Of a stretch of DNA of 64,000 nt, positions 48,938-61,336 are shown piece by piece. The DNA is from Mustelus asterias (taxonomy: Eukaryota). Where the stretch lies: positions 310,001 through 374,000 of the forward strand of contig NW_027590163.1 in assembly GCF_964213995.1 (NCBI RefSeq), in the 5' to 3' direction. Position 1 is the stretch's first letter. The number at the start of each line of letters is the position of its first letter. The notes beneath the pieces were generated by a model. The model had not been told where the DNA came from. It saw only the letters and a list, made by a program, of their open reading frames with translations, and did no database searches. The position numbers and the translations under genes are program-made.

Positions 48938-49866
48938 ACTACGCCCCATTGACTGGCGTCAGATTATTAATGGCTCCAACAGCGTCACCTCCGGCGAAGC
49001 CACACTTCAGTCGAGGAAACAAGCTCATCAATGATTCGCTCTTCCACGTCTCCACAGTGATTGAGACAGGGACAAGCAGTTGGATATTAGCCTGCATTCT
49101 CCAATCACCCATCCGCTGCCAGCAGAATGCGGCGACTGCAACTTCAATCAGCGGGTTTCTGCCCATTTCTGGGACACAGGATCCAACACGGTTCAAACCT
49201 CCCAATACACCGAACACAAACGCATGTAGATTATACCCCGTTCATGATCCTTTGAGCAGCATTTACACAATACCCCAATCAGTCACAAACTATATTCACA
49301 GCAACTTCCCAAAACTTTTCAGTGATAAATTCCTTCATTTGAGTGATACACTGAGTGTTGTGAATCTGGAAATGAACACAGTGGGATTTGTGTTACCCAG
49401 TGACTTGTTTCCCACTGTTTGTCCGTCAGGTTTGCAATTCCATTTGCGTTGTACATTGAAGCGAATCTCATTTCAAAATGAGGAGAAAACAAGGAAAATA
49501 TTAAATCTTGGAATAAATTCTGATGGAAATGGATCACAATATCTGGAAGGAATTGCAGTTGTGAATGGTGTTATTGATGATTGAGTGGGAAATATTGGAC
49601 ACTTGGGCTTCCGTTGGTCAGTTCCCGTCCCTCATATTGAATTCCTCCCTGTTAAATGAGAAATTGATTCATTTTACCTGCACGTTCAAAGGAGAAAGGG
49701 AATAACCACTACACCACGGTAATACTACGGAATCAACGTAACCAAAGAGGCTTGTATGGAATTGTAAATCGTGCGGTCATGTTGCAGCTCTGGACCAGAG
49801 TTTGCAGAAATTGAATTGTGGTCATTGACACCCTAGTTTAGGAAATCATTGGCAGCTTGTGTCTCA

Positions 49867-50681
49867 GTGTCTGTGGTACAATTGGTCAGCGCGTTCGGCT
49901 GCTAATTGAAAGGCTAGTGGTTCGAGACTTGTGAATGCAAGCAGGCTTTTTCCGCTGAGGCTCGGGGAGAAAAAAACCAGAGGGCATGGGTTAAAGGTGA
50001 AAGGAGAAAAGTTTAAAGGAAATATTAAGGGGGGCTTCTTCACGCAGAGAGTGGTGGGAGTGTGGAATGAGCTGTCGGATAAAGTGGTAAATGCGGGGTT
50101 ACTTTTAACATTTAAGAAAAACTTGGACGGGTTCATGGATGAGAGGGGTGTGGAGGGATATGGTCCAAGTGCAGGTCAGTGGGACTAGGCATAAAATGGT
50201 TCGGCACAGACAAGAAGGGCCAAAAGGCCTGTTTCTGAGCTGTTATTTTCTATGGTTCTTTCTATGGTTCTGGAGCGTAGGAGGCTGAGGGGTGACCTTA
50301 TAGAGGTCTATAAAATAATGAGGGGCATAGACAAGGTAGATAGTCAATATCTTTTCCCAAAGGTAGGGGAGTCTAAAACTAGAGAGCATAGGTTTAAGGG
50401 GAGAGATACAAAAGTGTCCAGAGGGGCAATTTTTTCACACAGAGGGTGGTGAGTGTCTGGAACAAGCTGCCAGAGGTAGTAGTAGAGGCGGGTACAATTT
50501 TATATTTTAAAAAGCATTTAGATAGTTACATGGGTACGATGGGTATAGAGGGATATAGACGAAATGCGGGCAATTGGGATTAGCTTAGGGGTTTTAAACA
50601 AAAAAGGGTGGCATGGACAAGTTGGGCTGAATGGCCTGTTTCCATGCTGTAAACCTCTATGACTATGACCATCCAGGCCCG
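49867..50681 (+). tRNA. tRNA-Asn-derived pseudogene interrupted by two tandem CR1 3' fragments (49929-50667)
   Basis: 5' part gtgtctgtggtacaattggtcagcgcgttcggctgctaattgaaaggctagtggttcgagac (49867-49928); the 3' part catccaggcccg resumes at about 50670. Confidence 0.7.
49929..50667 (+). mobile_element. Two head-to-tail CR1 3' fragments
   Basis: GGFFTQRVVGVWNEL + tail (to about 50268); then LERRRLRGDLIEVYK + (ctatga)n tail. Confidence 0.9.
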
Positions 50682-51955
50682 AGCTTTTGCTTTGTTCTCA
50701 CCATCAGCATTCATCGACAAACAGTTGCGGGTTGGCAATGGGTCCGTGAGCGTCAATAAAAAATAGCCCTCAAGTGTTACCGGCTGTACTGTTATCTGGT
50801 GTTACCAACATTATTTAATGACTATTGATTTCAAACATATTACATGTAACATTGTATATTGGCTGCCATTACACCATTTAACTGAACAATTGCAATCAAA
50901 ACATGAATTTGTGGCTGAGCATTTGTTCCAATTCCATATCCCTGCTTCCATTCGTTACTGGATAGATCATAAATCTGTCTAACCCAGGCTGAAATGTGTT
51001 CAATGATGGAGCATCTTCAATCCTCTGGCGTAGAGAATTCCCAATATTCACTACCTTTCGAGTGAAGAAATTTCTCCTAATCTCTGTGCTAAATCATCAG
51101 CGCCTTATCCTGAGATTGTGCCCCGTGTTTTAGATTCCCGGGCCAGGGACAATAATGTCTCAGCACCCACCCTATCAAACTCATAGAATCATAGAATCCC
51201 TGCAGTTTTTCAATGCGACCTATTCTTTCTCGTTAAAACTATTGACATTTTCCAGCATTTTCTGTTTTTGATTCCGTTTCCAGCATCCTCAGAATTTGCT
51301 TTTATTCTGTCTAAAATGCGGAGATCCAAACTGCACACACTATTCCAAGTGTGGTCTCAACAAAAACCTGAATAACTGTGTACATTTCTGCAATCAGTAA
51401 CTGGATCAGAAAGATGAGATATCTGTGTCTCTTTGTACTGTCATCTCGAAACCCCATATCCTCTCAATGCTGTGTGTCATACATTCGCTTTCCCTGCTTT
51501 CCAGGCAAAACTCAGGTTCACCAAATGCCTGTGTCCGTATCAAGCAGCTAATTAACTCTGGGAAATCGACAGCCAGAGGGAGCTGGATGAGAGGCAGCGA
51601 CATAAACAGGAAGAGAAGCGACATGATCGTGCTTGGTAAATTACTTGTGTCAGCTGCTCTCCGTGATGAATGCCTGCCCTGTGTTGCCTTGTAAGATTCA
51701 CACAAGTCACAGTGATGATTTTGGTGGGTGTTAGGAATTGGAAGTGCCACATAAGCAGCTAGTTCATCTACTGTCGATTTCATGTTCCAGATAATAGGAA
51801 TCGCTGTTTTCATTGGCTGATGCAGTCCATTGTGTTCGATCTAAACATGAACATTTAAAGGAGAAAATTGTTTTTGGTGAATAAATAGTTTCAAATAAAA
51901 ATAGAAGGCAGATGTTTCATGGCTAAATTCGTTTTCTAAGGCTTTTGCATTAACT

Positions 51956-52027
51956 TCCCTGGTGGTCGAGAGTCACGGATTCGTCGCTTTCACCGCCGCG
52001 GCCTGGGTTCGATTCCTGGTCAGGGAA
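51956..52027 (+). tRNA. tRNA-Glu(TTC), D-arm mutated
   Basis: tccctggtggtcgagagtcacggattcgtcgctttcaccgccgcggcctgggttcgattcctggtcagggaa; intact acceptor stem and B box. Confidence 0.85.
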
Positions 52028-52609
52028 TGTAGATTAATTGCTGTTCAGCAACCTTGCGTTACTTCATGGTCAGCAGTACTCCCCTTGGAGCCAGTATTAC
52101 ATCTGAATTGGAAATGTTGGATACAAAGAAAATCGAGAGAGGCTGCAAAGCGTTGACGATAGAAATGATGATACGGGTTTAAATCTGGCTGTTAATGGGG
52201 TAGATTTTATTGTTTCCATTCGCACAAATACCTCGCAGATCTGTTTCCAAATCTCCGGCTCAATGACAAGAAAGTCTTTAATTAAATTAAACAGTAAACT
52301 CTCCGACCTCCAGTGAAGTGGAGGCAGTTTTCACTCAGAAAACAGTAACTGTGAGATTAACAGCGTTGGATGGAGAAAGACTCCGTTTGAGCGGTGACAC
52401 TGCGGGAGGAATGGAGAGTTGGAGTTCAGCCAGAAAAGCAGCCAAATCTTTTTTTAAATGGCTCCCAACATGGGCTGGAACCCACGGTCCATTAACGGTG
52501 ATAAGTTAATGTTGTTCAGCAGGATTACTGCAAGATGGTTTATCACAGGTTGATACGAGCACTACTCTTTGAATGCAGTGAGCTGCAATAAAATTGAATG
52601 CAGTGGAAA

Positions 52610-52893
52610 GGGCGGCCCGGTGGCACTGTGGTTAGCACTGATACCTCACAGCGCCAAGGACTCAGGTTAAAAATTTCGGGTCACTAGCTGTACGGAGTTT
52701 GCATGTTCTCACCGTGTCTGTGAGGATTTCTTCTGGGGGCTCTTGTTTCCTTTCCAAAGATGTGCGTGTTAAGTTGATTGACCATGCTAAATTGACCCTA
52801 ATGTCAGCGGAATTAGTAGGGTTTAAGGGAACAGGGCGTGGATGCGGAGTCGATGGGCCGAATGGCCTCCTTCTGTACTGTTCGATTCTATGA
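52610..52893 (+). mobile_element. HE1-like V-SINE
   Basis: gggcggcccggtggcactgtggttagcactg...tccaaagatgtgc...gggccgaatggcctccttctgtactg. Confidence 0.85.
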
Positions 52894-52907
52894 CAGTTTA
52901 TGACAGT

Positions 52908-55900
52908 AGACCTGCAGAGTTTCACTGGCTGTCTTGTCTGGAGACACGACACATCTTTTTAGCCTGTCTTGATCCTCTCTCCACTCACATTGTTTTGTTT
53001 CTTAAAGACTTGATTACTTGAGCAGGCTGGCAGGTAGGATAGCTGAGGAACAGTGGAGGATTTTTAAGGAGATCCTTTTCAGTTCTCAGCAAAAATATAT
53101 TCCAGCAAAAAACAAGGATTGTAAGAAAAGGGAGAACCAGCCGTGGATAACGAAGGAAATAAAGGAGAGTATTAAAATAAAAACAGCTGCGTACAGAGTG
53201 GCCAAAAATAGTGGAGAAACAAGTGATTGGGAAAAATTTAAGAAACAACAAAGAGAGACTAAGAAAGTGATAAAGAAAGGAAGGATAGACTATGAAGCTA
53301 GGCTAGCAATTAATATAAAAAATGATAGTAAAAGTTTTTATAAATATATAAAAAGGAATAGAGTGGCTAGAGTGAATGTTGGACCCTTGGAGGACGAGAG
53401 GGGGGAGTTAATAGTGGGAAATTAGGATATGGCTGAGTCTTTAAATACGTTTTTTGTGTCGGTCTTCACGGTGGAGGACACAAATAGTTTGCCAAATATT
53501 AACGATAGAGGGTTGGCAGCAGGAGAAATACTTAATACGATTAATGTTACCAGAGAGGCAGTGCTGGGTAGACTAATGGGACTGAAGGTGGACAAGTCCC
53601 CGGGTCCGGATGGAATGCATCCCAGGGTATTGAAAGAAATGTCAGAGGTAATAGTGGATGCGTTAGTGATTATTTATCAAAACTCGTTGCATTCTGGGGT
53701 AGTGCCGGTTGATTGGAAAACGGCTAATGTTACGCCGCTGTTTAAAAAAGGAAGGAGACAAAAGGCAGGTAACTATAGGCCGGTCAGCTTAACGTCTGTA
53801 GTAGGGAAAATGCTGGAATCCATTATTAAAGAGGAGATAGCAGGGCATCTGGATAGAAATGGTTCGATCAATCAGACGCAGCATGGATTCATGAGGGGAA
53901 AGTCGTGCTTGACGAACATGTTGGATTTTTATGAAGATGTGACTAGGGCGGTTGATGGAGGAGAACCGGTGGATGCGGTGTTTTTGGATTTCCAAAAGGC
54001 GTTTGATAAGGTACCCCATAAAAGGCTGCTGAAGAAGATTAGGGCACATGGAGTTGGGGGTAGTGTGTTAAAGTGGATTGGGGACTGGCTATCCGACAGG
54101 AAGCAAAGAGTCGGAATAAATGGGTGTTTTTCCGGTTGGAGGAAGGTAACTAGTGGCGTGCCGCAGGGATCGGTACTTGGGCCGCAACTGTTTACCATTT
54201 ATATAGATGATCTGGAGGAGGGGACGGAGTGTAGGGTAACGAAGTTTGCAGACGACACAAAGATAAGTGGAAAAGTGAATCGTGTGGAGGACGGAGAAGA
54301 TCTGCAGAGAGATTTGGACAGGCTGAGTGAGTGGGCGAGGATATGGCAAATGGAGTATAACGTTGAGAAATGCGAGGTTATACACTTTGGAGGAAATAAT
54401 AACAAATGGGATTACTATCTCAATGGAAACAAATTAAAACATGCTACCGTGCAAAGGGACCTGGGGGTCCTTGTGCATGAGAATAATGTAAGGAGGAGCT
54501 ACAAGATAAATGGAAGAACCATAAAGGGTGTAGAGACGCAGAGGGACCTGGGTGTGCAAGTCCACAGATCTTTGAAGGTGACGTCACAGGTGGAGAAGGT
54601 GGTGAAGAAGGCATATGGCATGCTTGCCTTTATAGGACGGGGCATAGAGTGTAAAAGTTGGGGTCTGATGTTGCAGATGTATAGAACGTTGGTTCGGCCG
54701 CATTTGGAATACTGCGTCCAGTTCTGGTCGCCACACTACCAGAAGGACGTGGAGGCTTTGGAGAGAGTACAGAGGAGGTTTACCAGGATGTTGCCTGGTA
54801 TGGAGGGGCTTGGTTATGAGGAGAGATTGGGGAAACTGGGGTTGTTCTCCTTGGAAAGACGGAGGATGAGGGGAGACTTAACAGAGGTGTATAAAATTAT
54901 GAAAGGCATAGATAGGGTGAACGGTGGGAAGCTTTTCCCCGGGTCGGTGGTGACGTTCACGAGGCGTCATAGGTTCAAGGTGAAGGGGGGGAGGTTTAAC
55001 ACAAATATCAGAAGGACATATTTCACACAGAGGGTCGTGGGGGCGTGGAATGTGTTGCCGGGCAAGGTGGTGGAGGCGGACACACTGGGAACGTTTAAGA
55101 CTTATCTCGACAGCTATATGAACGGAGTGGGAATGGAGGGATACAAAAGAGTGGTCTAGTTTGGACCAGGGAGCGGCGCGGGCTAATTGTTCCTTGTTTC
55201 TCGTGGAAGTGGAAATGACTAGGGTTGGGAAGCATTTTCCGATCAGGGCCATTGTGATCTCCTGGACTCGTTTCGATCGCCTCAGGGGGTCGGAGAGGAA
55301 TTTCCCAGATTTTTTTTTCCCCATATTGGCCCTGGGGTTTTTCACTCTGGGTTTTCGCCTCTCCCTGGAGATCACATGGTCTGGAATGGGGGGGTGGGGG
55401 TGAGTTAATAGGTTGTAATGAACAAAGCATCGTAGCTGTGGGGGACAGCTCGGTGGATAGGATATTGGTATGTAGATAGGCTGGAAAATTGGGCGGGGAT
55501 CCTGGATTCAGGATTCAATCCTGGACCGGGGAGCGGCGCGGGCTTGGAGGGCCGAAGGGCCTGTTCCTGTGCTGTATTGTTCTTTAAAAAGACGCAAAAG
55601 CCCAGTCTGCAGGTACAACAGGTGATCAAGAAGGCAAATGGGATGTTGGCCTATATTGCGAGGGGGATAGAATATAAAAGCAGGGATGTCTTGATGCACC
55701 TGTACAGGGCATTGGTGAGGCCGCAGCTGGAATACTGTGTGCAGTATTGGTCCCCTTATATGAGGAAGGATATATTGGCATTGGAGGGAGTGCAGAGAAG
55801 GTTCACCAGGTTGATACCGGAGATGAGGGGCTTGGATTATGAGGAGAGGCTGAGGAGATTGGGTTTGTACTCGTTGGAGTTTAGAAGGATGAGGGGGGAT

Positions 55901-56468
55901 CTTATGGAGACTTATAAGATAATGCGGGGGCTGGATAGGGTGGAGGCGGAGAGATTCTTTCCACTTAGTAAGGAAGTTAAAACTAGAGGACACAGCCTCA
56001 AAATAAAGGGGGGTCGGTTTAAGACAGAGTTGAGGAGGAACTTCTTCTCCCAGAGGGTGGTGAATCTCTGGAATTCTCTGCCCACTGAGGTGGTGGAGGC
56101 TACCTCGCTGAATATGTTTAAAGCGCGGATGGATGGATTCCTGATCGGTAAGGGAATTAAGGGTTGTGGGGATCAGGCGGGTAAGTGGTACTGATCCACG
56201 TCAGATCAGCCATGATCTTATTGAATGGCGGGGCAGGCTCGAGGGGCTAGATGGCCTACTCCTGCTCCTATTTCTTATGTTCTTAGTTGTAAGTATTCGC
56301 ATTCCAACCATTATTCATGTAAATTGAGTTTGTGTCTTTATATGCTCTGTTTGTGAACAGAATTCCCACTCACCTGAAGAAGGGGCTTAGAGCTCCGAAA
56401 GCTTGTGTGGCTTTTGCTACCAAATAAACCTGTTGGACTTTAACCTGGTGTTGTTAAACTTCTTACAG
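52908..56468 (+). mobile_element. Penelope 3' UTR/terminal repeat (52908-53015 + 56284-56468) split by nested CR1s
   Basis: Reverse complement of 42168-42458, interrupted at cttaaagacttgatta|...|gttgtaagtattcgc. Confidence 0.88.
53016..56283 (+). mobile_element. Outer CR1 (53016-54482 + about 55591-56283) containing an inner CR1 (about 54483-55586)
   Basis: RT motifs NYRPVSLTS, FLDFQKAFDKVPH, GVPQGSVLGP, FADDTK. The outer element is interrupted at gtgcatgag|acgcaaaagccc. The inner element belongs to the 15656-16820 family. Confidence 0.92.
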
Positions 56469-56672
56469 TATAGAATCGAACAGTCATTTTGACTGTAGGA
56501 ACCAAAAGAGGCAACGCAAATATAAATTGCCGTGGGTAATTGACGGGATTATGGAATGGGACTGATTTTTCTCTTTGCTGTTGAAACTGGCAAAAATATC
56601 ACTCCTGTTTTCGATCAGGAAATAATTCCACCTCCACTTAAATCATGTGGTGCAAGAAAACATACATTTTCA

Positions 56673-56738
56673 TTCCCTGGCTGGGAATTGAACCACTGTG
56701 GTGAAAATGCCGAATCATAACCACCAGAACACCAGGGA
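56673..56738 (-). tRNA. tRNA-Glu(TTC) pseudogene
   Basis: Reverse complement tccctggtgttctggtggttatgattcggcattttcaccacagtggttcaattcccagccagggaa. Confidence 0.78.
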
Positions 56739-57379
56739 AAGTACCTGAAAGAACTTTAATCTAACCTATCCTTGCGAACCTAGCACATTGTTTCTATTTC
56801 AGTAGTTTTTATTTTTAAACCAGGGACAAGTCTGTCTGACAAGTGCCTCTTGGTATAAATAAATTTACTGCGGATGCTGGAATCTGAAACAAGAACAGAA
56901 AATGCTGGAAAATCTCAACAGATCTGAAAGCACCTGTGAAGAGAGAATAGAGCTAATGTTCACTGTCTCCATGACCCTTCGTCAGAGCTGAAGACAAAGA
57001 AATTTGGACGAGCTTTATATTGTAATGGTGAGGGATATGGGTGTGGGGTGGGTGACAAAGGTGTCACATGTAAATAAGGAAAAAGTGAATTTTAATGGTC
57101 GTGATCATGGCGAAGAAGGGTGCCTCAGGCTGCCCATTAAGAGACGGAATGTATAAATGGCAGGAAAAAGGAAATGTAAGAGACGGCCCGAGTGGGGTGG
57201 AGGGAGAGGGGGCAACAAAATGGAAAGTGAGATTTTAAATAAACAATGCAAAACATGGAAATTAAAAAATATATATCTGAAAGAAGATATAAAATAATAA
57301 AACGAAGTAAAACAAAATAAATAGAAATGGGGTGAAGATGGAGCAGAGGAGATGTTCTGAAGTTGTTGAACTCAATGTT

Positions 57380-57720
57380 AAGATCGTAACGCAGTTAGTG
57401 CCGAATCGGGAGATCGGGCGATGTTTGCATTGGAGCGCCTCTTGGTACCGTTATTTATTGCCCCTTCCGTCACGTTACGGACGATCAGGAGTCGACTGAT
57501 GGTAATCAGCGGCTTTGGATTTGACCTGATTTTTGTAAACCGGGCAATCTTGGGCAAATTGTACCATTGGCGGTTGACACCAGTGTTGTAGCTGAGGAAC
57601 AGCTCAGCTGAGGTTGCGGCAAGTTCTGAAGCGCAATTCTTCAGCACCATTGCCGGAATATTTTTCAGGGCCATAGAATTTGTTCTTTCCAATACCTTCA
57701 AGCTTTCTTTTTCTTGAATT
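57380..57720 (-). mobile_element. Degenerate LINE RT N-terminal fragment
   Basis: NIPAMVLKNCASELA...LFLSYNTG, typical of the CR1/L2-group pre-RT region. Confidence 0.55.
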
Positions 57721-58176
57721 AAATGGAACAGTGAAGTGTATCCGTTCCATTCAGTGTCTAACCCACTCTGGCTCCATAATTATTGCTCTCGATAGATCTG
57801 CCTCAGTCCTTCCGCCTCTCAGTCTAACTATTCATTTCCCACTTTTGTTTTTGTCCCTTGTATTCTCTCCCTGCCTGTGTGGAACCAAGATTAATTGAAT
57901 TGATTCCTGAAATGAGGCGGATGTTGAGCTGGGCATCCGCCCTGATTTTAACTGGCGAAGGAGATTCAATGGGACCTGCGACCCAATCCCCCTCCATTGA
58001 TTCTCTTCACTGCCAATACCAGATTTAATAGCAATGTGTTCTGCTGGTGTTGTTGATGGGAAGTCTGAGACACTAAATTTAGGATAGCGAAATTTTTGGA
58101 TGAGGGGGATCACTTAAATTACTATAAACGTTATGAACACCTTTGGTCAAACATGTGGTTTCTATTCGCCCGACTC

Positions 58177-58317
58177 CCCCTTGGGAGCGAGTCCCACATT
58201 CTCCCCCCCACTCCCCTGTAGGAACGAGTCCCACATTCTCCCCCACTCCCCGTGGGAGCAAGTCCCACACTTTCCCCCACTCTCCGTGGGAGCAAGTCCC
58301 ACATTCTCCCCCATTCC
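58177..58317 (+). repeat. 34-36-bp minisatellite, ~4 copies
   Basis: Unit approximately cccgtgggagcaagtcccacattctcccccactc. Confidence 0.9.
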
Positions 58318-58433
58318 ATTTTGCTGAGAGGAACCAGCAGACAGAATGTGAAGCGAGCAACTGACGGGTTTGTCGGAAGAGTTTAGTTGCTCCAGCAGTA
58401 AACCGGAACTGCTTCAAGTACACACGTCGCTAT

Positions 58434-58506
58434 CTTTCTGTACTATACTGGTTATCACCTTCATTTCGTACGTAAAAGGTCTCCTGTTCAAGACCAGGCA
58501 GAAACG
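58434..58506 (+). tRNA. tRNA-Val-like pseudogene
   Basis: ctttctgtactatactggttatcaccttc...aaaggtctcctgttcaagaccaggcagaaac. Confidence 0.65.
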
Positions 58507-59189
58507 TTTCCAAACGGTTTTATTTCAAAACGATTCAGATTTCAGAATTATTCTCGTTTCTCACGAAACATTAATTGAGCCGTTGATTTTTTTGCGGCAT
58601 TGAAGACGGAAATCACTCAGTAAAGAGATTAAAAGGGAAGGTCTGTGATAGAGAGCAAAACAGGCTGGATTGAATGACACAAGGAATGATGGACAAGGGC
58701 AACAGTGGTTGCTTTTCATTGTTTTTAAACTTTACTGCTTTCCTGGATGAATTCCAGCTCTCCATTCCTCCGGCGGTATCTCAGCTCAAACTGAGACTTT
58801 ATCTCTTCAGCTTTGTTAGTCTCACAGTTACTGCTTTCTGCATGAAAACTGCTTGCAATCAGTCGAAGTCAAATAGTTTATTGCTAAATTCAGTGAGACG
58901 TTTCTTGTCATTCAGCACGATATTTTTATCCAGAAGTGAGTAATATTTCTGTCAATGCAAACGGTTAAATCAGACCAATTACCACTCAGATTGTACCTTG
59001 TCTACATCGTCAGCGCTTTGCATCCTATCACTGTCTTTCATTATCCGTATTTGTTCTCGACCTGTTGCCCATGTGACATTTCCAATTCGGAAGCAAAACT
59101 ACAAATCTCACTCCACTGATTCTGGCAGAGCTGCTTTCGAGTACAAAGATTACAGGTTTGTTTATCAAAACATTTAAATTTTAATTCAT

Positions 59190-59245
59190 CGAAGCCAGTC
59201 TGCGACGCTGAAAGTACTGAACCCTAACCACTGGATCACCAGGAT
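59190..59245 (-). tRNA. tRNA-Glu(TTC)-like remnant
   Basis: Reverse complement tcctggtgatccagtggttagggttcagtactttcagcgtcgcag. Confidence 0.55.
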
Positions 59246-59658
59246 CTCATTTTCCTGATCCTCCCAAAGCCTTACTACAGGAATGTGCACAGTGCCAATT
59301 ATCCACATTCACACACTCCTTCCTGTCTGTTAACTCATGAAATTGTTTATATTTTCACGGTGACTTTCAGTGTAACGAAAGCAGAGCTCTGATGAGCTGA
59401 TGTTGTTCAGCATTTTTAACACAACGGGTTCATAAATGTTCGATGCAAGCATTGCCCTTTGAACATGGTGAGCTACAGTGAAATTTAATGCGCTTGAAGC
59501 TAGCTTACTTATTTTTACATGAGGAACCAGCAAGGGCAATTTAAATATGAATTGCTGTAGGTAATTGACGGGATTGTGGCATGGGACTGATATTTTTCCC
59601 TGCTGTTCAAATTGGCGCAGGTATTGAGTGAACATTTTCAGGCTGCTATTGTGTGCTG

Positions 59659-59730
59659 GGTTCCGTGGTGTAATGGTGAGCGCTCTGGACTCTAAATCCA
59701 GCGACCTGAGTTTTAATCTCGGCGCCACCT
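59659..59730 (+). tRNA. tRNA-Gln-derived gene with CTA (amber-suppressor) anticodon, probably a pseudogene
   Basis: ggttccgtggtgtaatggtgagcgctctggactCTAaatccagcgacctgagttttaatctcggcgccacct; Gln-CTG body, anticodon at 59692-59694. Confidence 0.85.
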
Positions 59731-60362
59731 TACTTTAATTTGAAGATGATTGATATGCTGAAGGGCGTTTAATTTTCTCACAAAGTACGAAAAGAGAGGA
59801 CAATTTATCAGCCAGTTCAACTGCTATAGCAATGCACATTGCTGAGCCTCATTGTCTCGATATAATCTCCCTCGGTCTCTCTGACTGTTTTTATTACGTT
59901 GACCTCTTTTGCTCTTTGCTCTCTCTATTCTCTCGCTCTCTGTGTGTAACCAAGTTTCACTGGATTGATTCCTGCGTTTCTCCTGGGAGGAGAGATTCAG
60001 TGGGATGAGTCTGTTCGCTCTGGAGTTAGAATAATCAGAGGTGATCTTGTTGAAATGTCTGAAACTGGGAAACAGTTTAACAGTGTTCGTGCTGACAGGC
60101 TGCTCCCCCCAGCTTTAACGAGATTACTTTGGACAAAAATAAATATGTAAGAGGAGTTTGCAATGTTTGGGAGAGGTGAGGCTAAGAAGTGGAAGATGTG
60201 AATGATGTAAAATTGATGATTGAGTGCAACGCATGGTAACCTTCGGGATTCTGTAGATCGATACATTGTAAACTTTGAAATCAGAACAAGCTGAGACAGC
60301 AGATGGCAAACACATATTTGCCTCCATGCATTTTTGGTCATAGAAAAGGCATTAGCTCTCGT

Positions 60363-60435
60363 GCCTGGCTAGCTCAGTCGGTAGAGCATGAGACTCTTAA
60401 TCTCAGGGCCATGGGTTTGAGCCCCACGTTGGGCG
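60363..60435 (+). tRNA. tRNA-Lys(CTT), B-box mutated
   Basis: gcctggctagctcagtcggtagagcatgagactcttaatctcagggccatgggtttgagccccacgttgggcg. Confidence 0.9.
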
Positions 60436-61336
60436 TCGTTGCTTTAAACTTTGCCCCATTTTTGGGTGAATTCCAGCTCACCGTCCCTCCAGAAATGTCA
60501 CCGCTCATACTCACTTTTTCGCGATCTTATTTTGTTTATCTCATCGTTGTGTGTTTGTGACTGAAAACTGCCTCCAGTTTTGCACTGAAATCAGCGAAAG
60601 ATTTTTTTCTCATTTAGTACGAGATTTAAACCCAGACCTGGGAGATTGTGTCAGTGGGAACAATAATCATCTCCATTGTCACTCAATTACTCCAGCCTTC
60701 CACCCTATTACATTGGTCTTTCCTCCTCTCCCTCTCTATTTTCCTTGACTCTGTACTTGTTTATAAACCATTACATCCCTCATCTCTTCCAGTTTGGGTA
60801 AAAGGTCAGCAACCTGAATCATTCACTTTCTTTCCCTCTCCAGGGAAGCTGCTGAAGCTGATGAGTGCTTCCAACATTTTCTGTTTTGAGGTGGGATTTG
60901 CAGCAACTGCAGTTCTTAGTTTTGGATCACAGTGGATCACTTTTCTCTGACTTAATCTTACCTGTTTAAACAGGTAAAGGGCTGAGGTTTTAAATACTAA
61001 GACTCCAGAATCTGGTACCCAGTTTGACATGAAATGGAACAAAATGATAATTTATCATTTCATAAAATACTGCCAATGCAATATGTATTTCGTTGTAAAC
61101 GCCAGCATTTCTGGCCATCCCTATTTCCCCTTGAACTGAGTATTTTGCTGGGCCATTTCAGAGGGAAGTTAAGAGTCAATCACGTTGCTTTGCGTCTGGA
61201 GTCCCATGGAGGCCAAACAGGGGAAGAGTGGCAGATTTCTTTCTGCAAAAAGTCCAGATGTGTTTTCATGACAATCAGAAAACAAAGCTTCATTACTGAG
61301 ACTAGCTTTCACTTCCGTTTCAGTTCTAGACTGTGA

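Noticed and set aside
48949-49584. 211-aa ORF
   Set aside because: Non-ATG start, no recognisable domain, and it overlaps a repeated non-coding module.
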